A stretch of DNA of 36,096 bases from Chiloscyllium plagiosum (lineage: Eukaryota), in contig NC_057755.1 of the NCBI RefSeq assembly GCF_004010195.1, forward strand, positions 4,364,072-4,400,167. Reading direction: 5' to 3'. Within the stretch, counting starts at the first letter, position 1, and the number at the start of each line of letters is the position of its first letter. A program made the position numbers and the translations under genes. Shown here piece after piece: positions 24,868 through 36,096 of this stretch. The notes beneath the pieces are model-generated. The model had not been told where the DNA came from, made no database searches, and saw only the letters and a list, made by a program, of their open reading frames with translations.

Positions 24868-25289
24868 GTGAAGGGAGAGAGATAAATGACAGAGATGTTG
24901 GAAGCGGTCGAACATCAAAGCCATTGGAATAACTTGTGAGGACAGAGACGTGTTGTGTTTTTGACAAAGCTGAACATGTTGAAATGCCAGAGGATGGCAT
25001 GTTCAATGTTGAGGGTGTTGCTGAAATATGAAAAGTGCATCACTGGGTACGTTACTAAGGTGGCACTGATGCCTTCACAAAGAAAAGTATCCTGAGAAGT
25101 AACAACAGTTAGGACCATGACAGTCAGGGTCATTTTGGAATCAGTGGCTCTGGAGAAATGTTGGTTGAAAAGACGATGTGCTATATAGGAGTTGGAGAAG
25201 TCATAGAGACAGAGAGGTTTATAACGCAGAAAAAGAAATGCACTTTGGCCTGTAGAGTCTGTGCTGGTCAAATTCTATACATTGAAACC

Positions 25290-25900
25290 ACGTCCCCTCA
25301 AGTATCTTCCCTGCTTCAAGGAAAACAACCCTAATCCATCCAATCTCGCTTCGTAACTAAAGCTTTCCAACCTTGGAATCGTCCTCGAAATCTCTGCATC
25401 CTTTCCAGGGCAATCAAAATACACCTACGTTGTGGATTCCAGAACTGCACACAATACGCTAGCTGTGGCGTGGCCAATAGTTTATACAGTTGCAGCACAT
25501 TTTCCTTGCACTTCATCTCGATTAAAAGAACAAATAATGTTCCTTATTCCTTTTGAACCATATTATCGACCTGTCCTGCTGCCATAAGGTGTTCATGTGC
25601 AGCAATTTTTATACTGTCAGTGAACTTATCCTGTCTCTTCCCCAGTTTGTAGGTTTCCCGGTATATGTGAATACCACCATTCATCTTTAGTGGAACATGT
25701 GGGCCCTGTAATCTTTCTATTTCCTCCTTGAATGCATCCCACTCCTCTGACATGGATTCCCCTAAAAGTGTCTGCTCTCTGTCCAAACCCACACAATCTT
25801 ATTAAAATTTGGGATTGCTCCAGTTTAGAACTTTGATTTCTTGTCCTCGTCTTTTTCCATATTAATCTTGAGTTATTATCATTGTCTGCAAAATTCTTCC
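25290..25900 (-). mobile_element. CR1 LINE ORF2 fragments
   Basis: LQLYKLLATPQLAYCVQFWNP...LERMQR and WDAFKEEIERLQGPHVPLK. Confidence 0.8.
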
Positions 25901-25954
25901 CCACTGAATTACCAGGTAGGAGAAAGAGGAATTCAGAGGTTGGAGATCAGAGTA

Positions 25955-26745
25955 GAGAGTGTGGTGATGGAAAAGCACAGCAGGTTCGGCAGGATTCTCG
26001 TCAGATCAACATCCATCACTCCCAGCATCTTCTACTGCCACCACAGGAAGTGCAAAACCTGCGCCCACAGGCCGCCCCCTCACCTCAATCCAAATCCCCA
26101 AAGGGTCCTCCCACATCCAACAGACGTTTACCTGTACCTCCACAAATGTCATCTACTGCATCCGTGCACCCAATGTGGTCTCCTCTATATCAGGAGACTG
26201 GATATCAACTTGCGAATCTTTTCAGAAAATATCCCTGGTACACTCACACCAACCTGGTCAACTGCTCCATGGCTGAACACTTCAACTCCCCCTCCCACTC
26301 CACCAAGAAAACGCAGGTCCTTGGCATTCTCCATCGGTAAACCCGAACCATGCACTGCCTAGAGGATGAAAGCCTCATCTTCGGCCTTGGGACCCTGAAT
26401 CCACACGGGATTAATGTGGATTTCACCAGTTTCCTCATTCCCCCTCCCTCCACCTTATCCCAGTCCCAAGCCTCCAACTGGGCACCGCCCCCTTGACTCA
26501 TTCATCTTCCTTCCCATCGATCCGCTTCACCCTCTTCTCTGACCTATCACCCACTCCTCACCTTCATGTATCTAGCACATTCCCAGCTATCTTGCCGCTA
26601 GCGCCACACCCACCCGTTTGTGTCTAACCCCCCTCCCCACGGCCTATAAGCCTCATTCCTGAAGAAGGGCATATGACTGAAACGTTGATTCTCCTACACC
26701 TCAGATGCTGCCTGGCCTTCTGTGCTTTTCCAGCAGCACATTCTT
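25955..26745 (+). mobile_element. Penelope-like element: GIY-YIG endonuclease remnant, 3' terminal repeat and inverted 5' repeat piece
   Basis: Across frameshifts: CHHRKCKTCAH, NVIYCI, CGLLYI, ETG, MAEHFNSPSHS, LEDESLIFGLGTLNPHGINVDF. Hammerhead-like CTGAAGA...GAAACGTT at 26659-26686. 25956-25998 is an inverted copy of 26705-26745. Confidence 0.85.
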
Positions 26746-27341
26746 CCCATTGAAATGTCAGCCACTTACCCAACTTCATTCCATAAAAATGGGGCCGGGA
26801 ATTCCATCAAAGTGGGTGAAGGTACTAAAAACCAGTCTGGGATTGGGCAGACGAAGCTATACAGTATGTTGTGGTAAAGAGAGAAGGAAAGAAACCTCCA
26901 GTTTATCCAGCAGACAGCAACAGAGTGATAAAGTGTGAAAACTGCTGTAAAATGCTCCAGACTCAGGGGTGAAACAGGAAGATCCGGGCCAAGTGTTGGA
27001 TGATAGGGTGGGGGAGGAATTCCAATGATAATCGTGAACACATGGAGTCCAATGAATAATATCCAACCTGTGGAAAGCTTTGGCAAATCATGAAGGGAAT
27101 TTGACAGAGAATTATTTGTTGCTGACAGTAAAAATAGGTCATATTCACTGTGGGTTTAAATAATGCTCAGGTTCATTGCATATTTCAGAGATGAGTATTT
27201 CAGAGATAGCCACTGTGAGGTAGGAAAATAAGCTTCTATGTTCAGCTGTGGACTCATTCAGAAACAATCAACATGCATTGTGGGACAGGAGAAGCGGAAT
27301 GAAGGAGATCATGAAAAATCCAATGTTTAAGGAGTCAGAGA

Positions 27342-27386
27342 GAACTGATTATCAATTCTGAACTGATTATCAATTCTGAACTGATT
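27342..27386. repeat. 18-bp tandem repeat x2.5
   Basis: gaactgattatcaattct repeated. Confidence 0.9.
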
Positions 27387-27497
27387 GGATCCTGCATTAT
27401 GAAATTCAAAACTATGCACTTGATGGTTGCATGTGTCTCCATTCAAATGAACACACTCCATCTCGCAGAATTAAAGAAAATCCCAAAGCATTCTATT

Positions 27498-27997
27498 NNN
27501 NNNNNNNNNNNNNNNNNNNNNNNNNNNNNNNNNNNNNNNNNNNNNNNNNNNNNNNNNNNNNNNNNNNNNNNNNNNNNNNNNNNNNNNNNNNNNNNNNNNN
27601 NNNNNNNNNNNNNNNNNNNNNNNNNNNNNNNNNNNNNNNNNNNNNNNNNNNNNNNNNNNNNNNNNNNNNNNNNNNNNNNNNNNNNNNNNNNNNNNNNNNN
27701 NNNNNNNNNNNNNNNNNNNNNNNNNNNNNNNNNNNNNNNNNNNNNNNNNNNNNNNNNNNNNNNNNNNNNNNNNNNNNNNNNNNNNNNNNNNNNNNNNNNN
27801 NNNNNNNNNNNNNNNNNNNNNNNNNNNNNNNNNNNNNNNNNNNNNNNNNNNNNNNNNNNNNNNNNNNNNNNNNNNNNNNNNNNNNNNNNNNNNNNNNNNN
27901 NNNNNNNNNNNNNNNNNNNNNNNNNNNNNNNNNNNNNNNNNNNNNNNNNNNNNNNNNNNNNNNNNNNNNNNNNNNNNNNNNNNNNNNNNNNNNNNNN
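27498..27997. other. Assembly gap (500 N)
   Basis: Exactly 500 N. Confidence 1.
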
Positions 27998-28680
27998 TTT
28001 GTAATTGAAATACATCTGCCCTCAAACCGACCATTAAGAAAGAACGTTCCTCTTACATCCCCAGTACTCCTTTGCTCTGCCATGACAACTGATTTAAAAC
28101 TGATCTTTTTAGATATTTTACAGCTATGATGGCATGTTTTCCTCCGAATATAACTCACTGGAGTGAGGCACCTAACTTTTCAGAAGGTAGGGAATGGCCT
28201 ATAGGTAACTCCAGATCCACAGCAATGTAATTGAATCTTAATTCCTTACTTAGCAAATAGCAATATAAGCTGGCCTTGCCAGTGATGTCAACATGAATAA
28301 AAGGAAAAGAGTGGTCCAACGTTTAGCACTTCCCTATCATAGGGTTTGTCCAATTTTCACACTATATTATCCAGTTGTGTCAATTGTTCTTGAAGGAGTC
28401 ACAGGCTGGATGCAGAGTTGGTTCACCGTTATAACTGTTGCATGTTTCTATGGATAGCTTTTGGATTGGTATTCGATATTCCATTTGCAGCCTCTTTCTA
28501 TTCAAGTCAAACATTTTCAATGGAATTGGAAACTTAATGATTTGCCGTTGTGCTCATACTTTCTGAAACTTCTGGCTAATTTTATCTTGCTGTTGTAGCG
28601 AACATTCAGATTGCTTAAATACTTATATAGAAAATAGTGTTCATTAATACCCAGTCATTTTTCCATTATCATTCTGCCAG

Positions 28681-29477
28681 TAAATTCCATGTCGATTTTG
28701 ATCCTGTCCCAGGGAAAGTGAGGCCTCGCTACCTGCATAACACGTTATCTGGTGTCCATTGCAACAGCAGATCTACTGGTCATTTTCACGGACTGTTCTG
28801 TCTAGTTCACTGTCACATTCACCTTTGATCGCTTTGTCAGCTTTTGTTGCCACAAACTGAAAACTAAATACTGTACTCGTAATTGTTTACTGTATTTGTA
28901 TCAACAATCGACATTCTGCTTTGTTTAAAAAATGGTCTTGGCATTTTAGTTTTGAGACTAAAAAATATAACGAGGAACAGGCTATTTTACGGCAGGAATA
29001 AGGGCAACTACTTTTCTGACTCTTGCTGCATTGGATTCCACTCATTTGATGTGGCTTTAACCCCATTCTTGCCTTATTTTACATTGTGTTCCTCAATGAT
29101 CTGACAGTCGCACACACTTTATTTACAAGACAACCCTATAAGGGACTGAGGGGTCTGAGTCAGGAAGACGAGCAGAGTGAGCCCAAGCTGAAGTGCAGAA
29201 TTCAGACAGTGATTTTACGCTTTGCAATATCTAGAAAGTTCGTAATTCTCTGGCTGTTATATGTTTTCCATATATTTGGTCTCCCAGAACAGTTAACGGA
29301 TTATGACTATGAAATCTTTGAATCTTTGAACAAGTTGGATACATGCTGCGCAATGTAAGTTGCGGCACAAACGCAAATATTTACATGGTGTCTCTATCCA
29401 ATGTCAGAGCTCAGTTCAAAAGAACGATGAAATATCCAGTTTCCAGCATTATTTAACTAATCACTGCATAAACCTGA
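28681..29477 (+). pseudogene. GPR139/GPR142-like GPCR pseudogene, main coding exon
   Basis: NSMSILILSQGK*GLATCITRYLVSIATADLLVIFT-DCSV*FTVTFTFDRFVSFCCHKLKTKYCT / ILLCLKN...FDVALTPFLPY / FLNDLTVAHTL...KGLRG...ILWLLYVF / VSCGTNANIY...MKYPV. Stops at 28719 and 28803; DRF at 28827-28835. Confidence 0.9.
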
Positions 29478-31702
29478 CAAAAGCTCAAAATCCAGTGGGT
29501 AGGGGGTAAGAAATGATCATTGAAGACCAAAGGTAACCATTCTAGAGATGCACATCTCTCAGAGAGAAAACAGAAGATAGAATATTTAGCAGACATCAAG
29601 AGAACGAAAAGAAGGTGAAGATAAGGACACAGGTTTCCCAATTCATGGAGAAGAGGGAACATTTCTGTTCTGAAGAATTTTCACTGGACCCGAAGCATTA
29701 ACTGGAATTTCTCTCCCACAAATGCTGCCAAACCGACTGAGTCTTTGCAGCAATTTATATTTTCGTTCTTGTTTCATATTTGGGAGACCAGCGTAAAGGA
29801 GCTGGAGATATTGCATAGTCTAAAGATCAATGGAGCAAGGGCCAGAGCCAAAATTCACCTAAGATTATTGGAACTGAAATGGCAGGAGCAGGGACTCTGC
29901 TTCCTCCTGTATCATGGAAAGCTAATCATGATCCAAAGTGTCACTTCCAGCTCTGTTAGTTCCATTTCCAGGCCATTGCATTCGGGGAAGCAAAAGAACA
30001 TTTCAGTTTTCAAAATGGAAATCAATGCAGATGCAAAACTGCTTTCCACGTCAATAAAAAATATCTCAATTATTAATATAATGTAGATTCTCACACCACT
30101 AGCTGGTGTTGGGGGTATACTTATCTCCGGATGCCTCGTGATACTGCTTGTTTATTGGGAGTTGGAGGGAGATGGGAGTACGTGTGGTAATCTGGGCAGA
30201 TTATAAACGTCATGGTTACTATCATTAAGAAGGATTGGGTGGAAAGCTGGAGGTGGGTCCAGGGACTGACACTGTATTCAATGTTGGGGTCAATGTCATT
30301 GATTGACAGCTGTTGACAACCCTCCACCACTTCCTGGAAACTGCCTTAGGTTGACAAAAAAAACCCAGTCACAAATTTGAAAATGAGTTTTTAGATAACT
30401 TCGAACAGGTCTCAGCATCAAGAGAGTTTGTTTCCATTTAATTATTGCATCAGCTCATTTAATGTGTAAATCTTCCAACGCTCTGTTCTCACATTATTAT
30501 TGGAAATTTCAAATTCTGACTTGGCATGATATTAGTGTCAGTAAGCCTCATGTTGTTGAAATGAATGCTGTCCATCATGTAACTCCTGCCACACGTGGTC
30601 TCTAACTGAACTGCATTGTCTCCAGAAACATCTGCATTTCGAAGTGGTCTTGTTTTCAAATCTGTCAATGATTTCACCCAATCTTTCTCTCGAACCACTT
30701 CACGTTTGCACGACTTCCTATCTCCGCACGACCTCCAGGCTGGAAACATCCCTATTTCAGTAATCCTTCCCAACCACAATGAATTTTCCTGACTATGCCA
30801 TAGCTTGCAGTTTGCTGAAGCTAATTCCCTTACATTACCCGCGAGGCAAATGCGGCCGTACCCACTTCTGCAGTCTGCTCCAAACTCTACAGTCCTCCAG
30901 AACTCTGTATCATCCTCCAGCCTCACTGTGTTTATTATTTGTATTTGCCTCCAGTGTTCCTGCATCCACTCTTTTTCTGCCCTTCTGCAGTCCTACTCCA
31001 TCATTATTATTGTAAGCACTTGCACACTCACATAACTTCTCTTTCCCTTTGACCTTCTCCAGAGACACTCCCTCTTATTTCTGCAAATAATTCGAGACTC
31101 ACAGGACTCTCAGTTCTGTGATCTTCTCCAAACCGTTTCATGCGCTAATACAGTCATCATATTTGGCCTCACAATACTCCCTAAGCCCATGCCTTTCTGC
31201 AGTCCTACTGTGTAAAGTTCTGAGTGATATAGACAGGTAAATAGCGCAAACTCTTTCCCCTCAGTCGGGAGTCAGTAACCAACATGCACCGATATAAGGT
31301 AAGGGGATTTGAGCAATTTTTTTCACGAGGTATTTAGAGTTATCTGGACCTCATTGCCTGAAAAGATCTGAACAGGTATGAATTGTCACAACAATCAAGA
31401 ACTATTTAGATGAGCACTTGAAATACCATAGTATGCAAGGCTGCGAGCTAAATGATGGAATATAGGATTAGAAAAGATTAATCTTCCATGACGTTTATAG
31501 ACACAATGATACATTGTTCCTCCCTACATGGTTTAAAAATCCCAATCACTCTATGGTACAATGATACTCGCTCCTGTTATTATGAGACCCAACATTCTAT
31601 TGCCATTCCCGATCACATGCTGCCCCGTGTGCTCGTTTTCCGTTTTCTCCCAAGTTGCTTTGTGTTGCAACTTTCTCCATTTCAAGAATCTGTGCTTTTG
31701 TT

Positions 31703-31924
31703 AGATTAGATTAGATTAGATTACGTACAGTGTGGAAACAGGCCCTTCGGCCCAACAAGTCCACACCGCCCCGCCGAAGCGCAATCCACCCATACCCCTA
31801 CTTCTACCCCTTACCTAACACTACGGGCAATTTAGCATGGCCAATTCAACTGACCTGCACATCTTTGGACTGTGGGAGGAAACCGGAGCACCCGGAGGAA
31901 ACCCACGCAGACACGGGGAGAATG
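31703..31924 (-). mobile_element. Young 5'-truncated HE1-like SINE specific to copy C
   Basis: V-domain ccggagcacccggaggaaacccacgcagacac and (agatt)n tail; CpG-rich; absent from copy B. Confidence 0.85.
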
Positions 31925-34900
31925 AGTTTTGAACACAGAACATTCACTTCTTTGTTCCAAATCATTAACAGCATGCAGATCCCATCTTATTTAACCTCAG
32001 GTGATCGCCAGGTTAAATCATCATCAGCTGTCTCCCAGTAGTTACACATTCCTTATGAACAGCTAATGTTTTCTTCAATATTTACCTCTGAAGCAGAACA
32101 AGTCGCCATCCTGTCTGCCATCCTGTTTGGAAGCTTGCCCTCCCTGTGAACCAACAGTTTACTCACTGCTTGAGCAATGAAGAAGGAAAATGGAAAGTTG
32201 GCCTCCATTGCAAAAGGATTGGACTTCAGATTCAAGATGCTTCACTGAATCTGTTCAGGGACTTGGGGAAACCAGCCCTGGAGCAGTGTGTGTTGTTTAG
32301 TCACCCTACCACAAAGAGGACATTTTCACCATCTGCAGAGTGCCCATCGAGACTGTTCCACCACTCCATCAGATCTTAACTGATCATCCTCAAGTCCATT
32401 TCTATGCCTTTTCCACTCAATCCTTGATTCCCTTCCGAATTAAACATCTCTCTGTCACAACCTTGAATATACTTAATGACCCACCCTCCACAGCCCTCTG
32501 TGATAAAGAATGCCGCAGTTTTAATTTTCTATGATAGAAGCCATTTCTCCTCAGATCAGCCTGAAATGGACGACCCCTTACTATGAGGTGATGCTTTCTG
32601 GCCCAAGAGTTTGCCAAAAGGGGAAAGAACCTTTCTCTATCTAGCCTGTCAAATCCCCTGATAGTCTTATATGTTTCAGTAAAGTTCTTCTTACTCTACT
32701 GAGCGCAGGGCCAATCCACTTAATCTCTTCTAATGCGACGGTCCCCTCTATACCTGGGAAAAGATTTGTGAACCTGCTCATAAACAAGCTGAGCAAGTAA
32801 GATTCAGGGTACATCGGGTGAAGTGCATAATATGGTCTATCCTTCAGTCATTGACAGGCTGTACCTGAACCAGGTTTCCAAGTGGACAGAGCAAAGTTTT
32901 GCAGACCTCCTGCTCAGCTGTTCAGGGCTCTGTCCGAGGCTCAGACTGTCCTTCAGGATTTCATTAAAGGTCTGAATCAATCGTGATGCTGCTGAGAACT
33001 GTTTTGCTGGAACTGTATGAAACATTGTTCTGGGTTCATTATGTGCACTTCGGGATCTACATGATAGGATAGATGTGACAGTGGATGTAGGCAGAGGTGA
33101 TTAACCAGCATGTTGCCTGAGTTGAAGAGATTCACTTGCGAACACAGTTTGGACAGAGTGGAGTTTTATTTTCTCAGAACAGATCAGATTCAGAGGGGAC
33201 ATGATAGAGATATATCGATGAGAGGCACAGTCAGGGTAGACAGGAAGAAACTACTCCCTTCGGTGGAGGCAGAAATGGCCAGGGGACATAGATTTACAGG
33301 AAGGGATGGAAGATTTAGAGGGATTGTGGGATTTCTATTTTATTCAGTCAGAAGGTAGTGGGAATCTGGAACTCACTGGCTGTAAGGCTGATGGAGTCAG
33401 AAGGGTTCATCATTTTGAAGAGGTATTCAGATGAAAGCATTTATAGGGATATCAGGGTACAACCCAATATCTCCAGGCCAGTATCAACGCAAGCGGCTAA
33501 GGTGGTAAAGAAGGCGTCGGGCAGGCTTGTGATTTTCAGTTAGGCCACTGAGTTGGAAATTCATGTTACGACGGTATAAGATTTTAGTGGTTCCACATTT
33601 GGAGTACTACGTGTAGTTCCAGCCACCACAATAAGGGAAGGCTGTGGAGGTCTCAGAAATGGAAATGTGTTGCTGGAGAAGCGCAGCAGGTCAGGCAGCA
33701 TGAATAACCAAAGTCTTTGACACATGGTGGAAATGTCAAACACTAGGGGCAAAGGTTTAATTTGAGGGAAAATGTTTGGAGGTGCTGCACGAGGCAAGTG
33801 TTTTTATGAAGAGGATGGTTAGTGACTGGAGCACGGTGCAAGAGGAGTTGGTCAAAACAGTTACATTCACAAAGTGAAAGATCCATTTATGAACACTCAT
33901 AAACAGCAAGTGAGTAGAGGGATACAGACTATGTTCAGACAGATGGTATTACAGTTGAATGGCATTGTGGTCCTCACAGACATGGGGGGATGGGATGAAT
34001 GGACTGTTCTTATGCTGCACTCTTTTATATTGTCAATGTGCACTTGTGTTGCCGAGGCATGCAGGCTTGTAGGCCCATCGTTGCAAAATGGAATCAGAAT
34101 GGAATTAGTTCATTGGAGGGGACATGGCCCAGTGATATTATTGTGGATTGTTGGTCTAGAGTCCCAAGGAGGATTTTGAGGAACTTGGTTTAATTCAGAC
34201 CTTGGCAGACGGTGGAAATGAATTTTAATGAAACAAATATTGGGAATGGAGTGTCTAATGGTGACCACGAAACTTGTGGTGATTGTTGGGAAAGATGTCC
34301 ATTTGGTTCACTGCTCTCCTTTAGGGAAATATAGAATCCATGTGAATACAAACCCATGGCCATGTGGTTGATTACAATTGCCGTCTTGGAAATTAAGGGA
34401 AGCAATAAATGATGGTCCAGCCAGTAATGCCCACAACTTGTGATTGATTAAGAACAATAGTTAGAGATTTGTGTTTGATCGGCAGTGGTTTGATCGGCCA
34501 AAAGGCCTTTTTTTCTGTAGACCTCCATGACTCTGTAATTGATGCTGGGTCATTCGAAATTGTGTCGTCGTGCACTTCATCACCCTGAGGGCTACATCAT
34601 GTGATGGTGACGGAGAAATGTCGACTTCAATCGTTGTAGAATGTTCGCTTTTCTGTTTTTGAGCTGAAGATATGAGGTAGAGGCTGCAATTAATTTCGGA
34701 GACTTCCCAGGGTCAGTAGCACTCGGATGCTGCCACCCTTTGGCGGGACACAACCATCCCCAGGAAGGATGACAATCCAACCTGGGCCATTACCTTTCCA
34801 AGCGATGACACTACCATTTTCTGACATCCCCTCTCTCCCTGTTAATAAGGCAAACCACCAATCCAAAGAAAGTGTGGTGGGTGGAATTTAACCCTGATAA

Positions 34901-35337
34901 ATGTGGCTTCATGAACATTGAAATAAGTAACATGACTCGAGAGTACTCAATGAATGGTAGGAGACTAGGAATGTCAGTGGAAGAGAGGGATTTTGGGTTG
35001 TTTGTCCACAGAACCTGAAGTTGCAACCATACGCTATTAGATAGTTAAGAAGGCAAAGGCTGTGCTTGTCTTTATCAGTCGAGGCATTGATTATGAGAGC
35101 AGGGAAGTTACCTTGGAGATTTTCAGGACATTGGTTATGTCACAACTGGAGAACTGCGTGAAGTTCTGGTGACCACACGATAGATGGATGTGGCTGCATT
35201 GATGTGGAGGAACCGATGTTGGACTGGGGAGGACAAAGTTAAAAATCACACAACGCCAATTACAGTCCAACAGGTTTCAGAGCGCCACTCCTTCTTCAGG
35301 TGGTTGTGGAGTATGTACACTTATGGTCCTACACCAC

Positions 35338-35378
35338 AAGCACCTGATGAAGGAGCAGCTCTCTGAAAGCTAGTGCTT
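35338..35378 (+). ncRNA. Minimal type-I hammerhead ribozyme motif (copy C)
   Basis: AAGCAC-CTGATGA-A-GGAG-CAGCT-CTCT-GAA-AGCT-A-GTGCTT; core intact, stem II 4 bp. Confidence 0.65.
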
Positions 35379-35749
35379 CCAAATAAACCTGTTGGACGAT
35401 AACCCGGGGTTGTGAGATTTTAAACTGTGACTGCATTGGAGGAAATGCAGAGACCATTCGCCAGGATGTAGCTTGGATGGGAGCAATTCAGTGATGAAGG
35501 GAGATTATTAGAGCAAAGAAGGTCGAGGGGACAGCTGATAAATGCCTGGAAGATTCTGAGTTGTGTGCACAGTTTGAATAGCGAACATCCCTTTCCTTAA
35601 TCGAAGGTTCAGTAACATAGGGGCACCATGTTAAAGTGATAGGTAAGAGATTTAGAATGGATTGAAGGAAGAATTGTTTTACTGGGAGCATGGGGTGCAA
35701 TGAAGACAGCAGAGATCTGGAATGCACTGCCAGGGAGGGAAGTTCGCAT

Positions 35750-36096
35750 TTAATTCACTCATGCGACATGAGCATTGCTGACTGGGCCCAGCATATATTG
35801 CCTGTTCCTGGGTGACTTGGGAATGTTTTGCTGAGTTGCTTTCTTGAGTCGTCACATTCCATGTGCTGTAGGCAGATGCAAAATGTCTTAAGGGAGGGAA
35901 CATCTCTGTTTTCACCCAGCAACAGTGAAGGAAAGACTATATATTTCCAAATCAGGGTGCTGAATGGCTTTATAGTAACCTTGCAAGTGGTAGTGTTCCA
36001 ATTTAGCAATTATCCTTGTCCTTCACAATGAAAGCGTATTGGCAGATCCTGTCTAAGGATATTTGTTGAATTTCGGCAGTGCTATCTTGCAGCTAT
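35750..36096 (-). mobile_element. 3' region of the non-LTR fragment, third copy
   Basis: Reverse complement of about 10138-10470 and 14676-15025. Confidence 0.7.

Larger units (their letters stand above)
27998..36096 (-). repeat. Segmental duplication copy C, inverted relative to 14676-23731
   Basis: 27998 pairs with 23731 and 36096 with 14676; mirrored ORF pairs, e.g. 17153-17368 / 34190-34405 and 20655-20981 / 30489-30965. Confidence 0.97.

Noticed and set aside
29345..29360. Apparent ATG plus gtaagt donor (MLRN|)
   Set aside because: It is internal TM7 sequence (GYMLRNVSC) of the GPCR pseudogene
29972..30080. QCRCK CXC-chemokine-like motif after an acceptor-like site
   Set aside because: Frame stops before the third and fourth cysteines in both copies
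30087..30190. Hydrophobic frame ILTPLAGVGGILISGCLVILLVYW resembling a TM exon
   Set aside because: The paralog has charged/Gly substitutions and lacks the donor; no gene context
34590..34716. ggagaaATG...cccagg|gtcagt resembling the GPCR first-exon context (also minus strand in A and B)
   Set aside because: Stops in the relevant frames and the peptide does not resemble TM1
1..36096. CRISPR arrays, operons, rRNA or true tRNA genes
   Set aside because: None seen; the DNA is eukaryotic and the tRNA-like sequence is a SINE head

Overview
Vertebrate genomic DNA, most likely a shark. This is inferred from HE1-like V-SINEs, CR1 and Rex1-type LINE ends, Penelope-like remnants and a shark-type GPR139-like receptor. 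There are three assembly gaps (6440-6493, 11998-12497, 27498-27997). Most ORFs in the supplied track are spurious or retrotransposon debris. The window is built from a segmentally duplicated unit: copy A 8099-11997 (+), copy B 12632-23731 (+, with an internal 786-bp tandem duplication) and copy C 27998-36096 (inverted relative to B). The unit carries three things the ORF track does not call out. (1) A spliced beta-defensin-like exon, intact with six cysteines in B (13636-13754) and Cys-altered in A (9099-9217). (2) A convergently oriented GPR139/GPR142-like GPCR pseudogene (22146-23047 minus, 28681-29477 plus). (3) A Penelope-derived hairpin element containing a minimal hammerhead ribozyme. 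A phase-compatible GPCR first exon lies at 3583-3649. No signal-peptide exon for the defensins could be identified. Orientation and adjacency across the 500-N gaps are uncertain. All calls were made by eye, without database searches.
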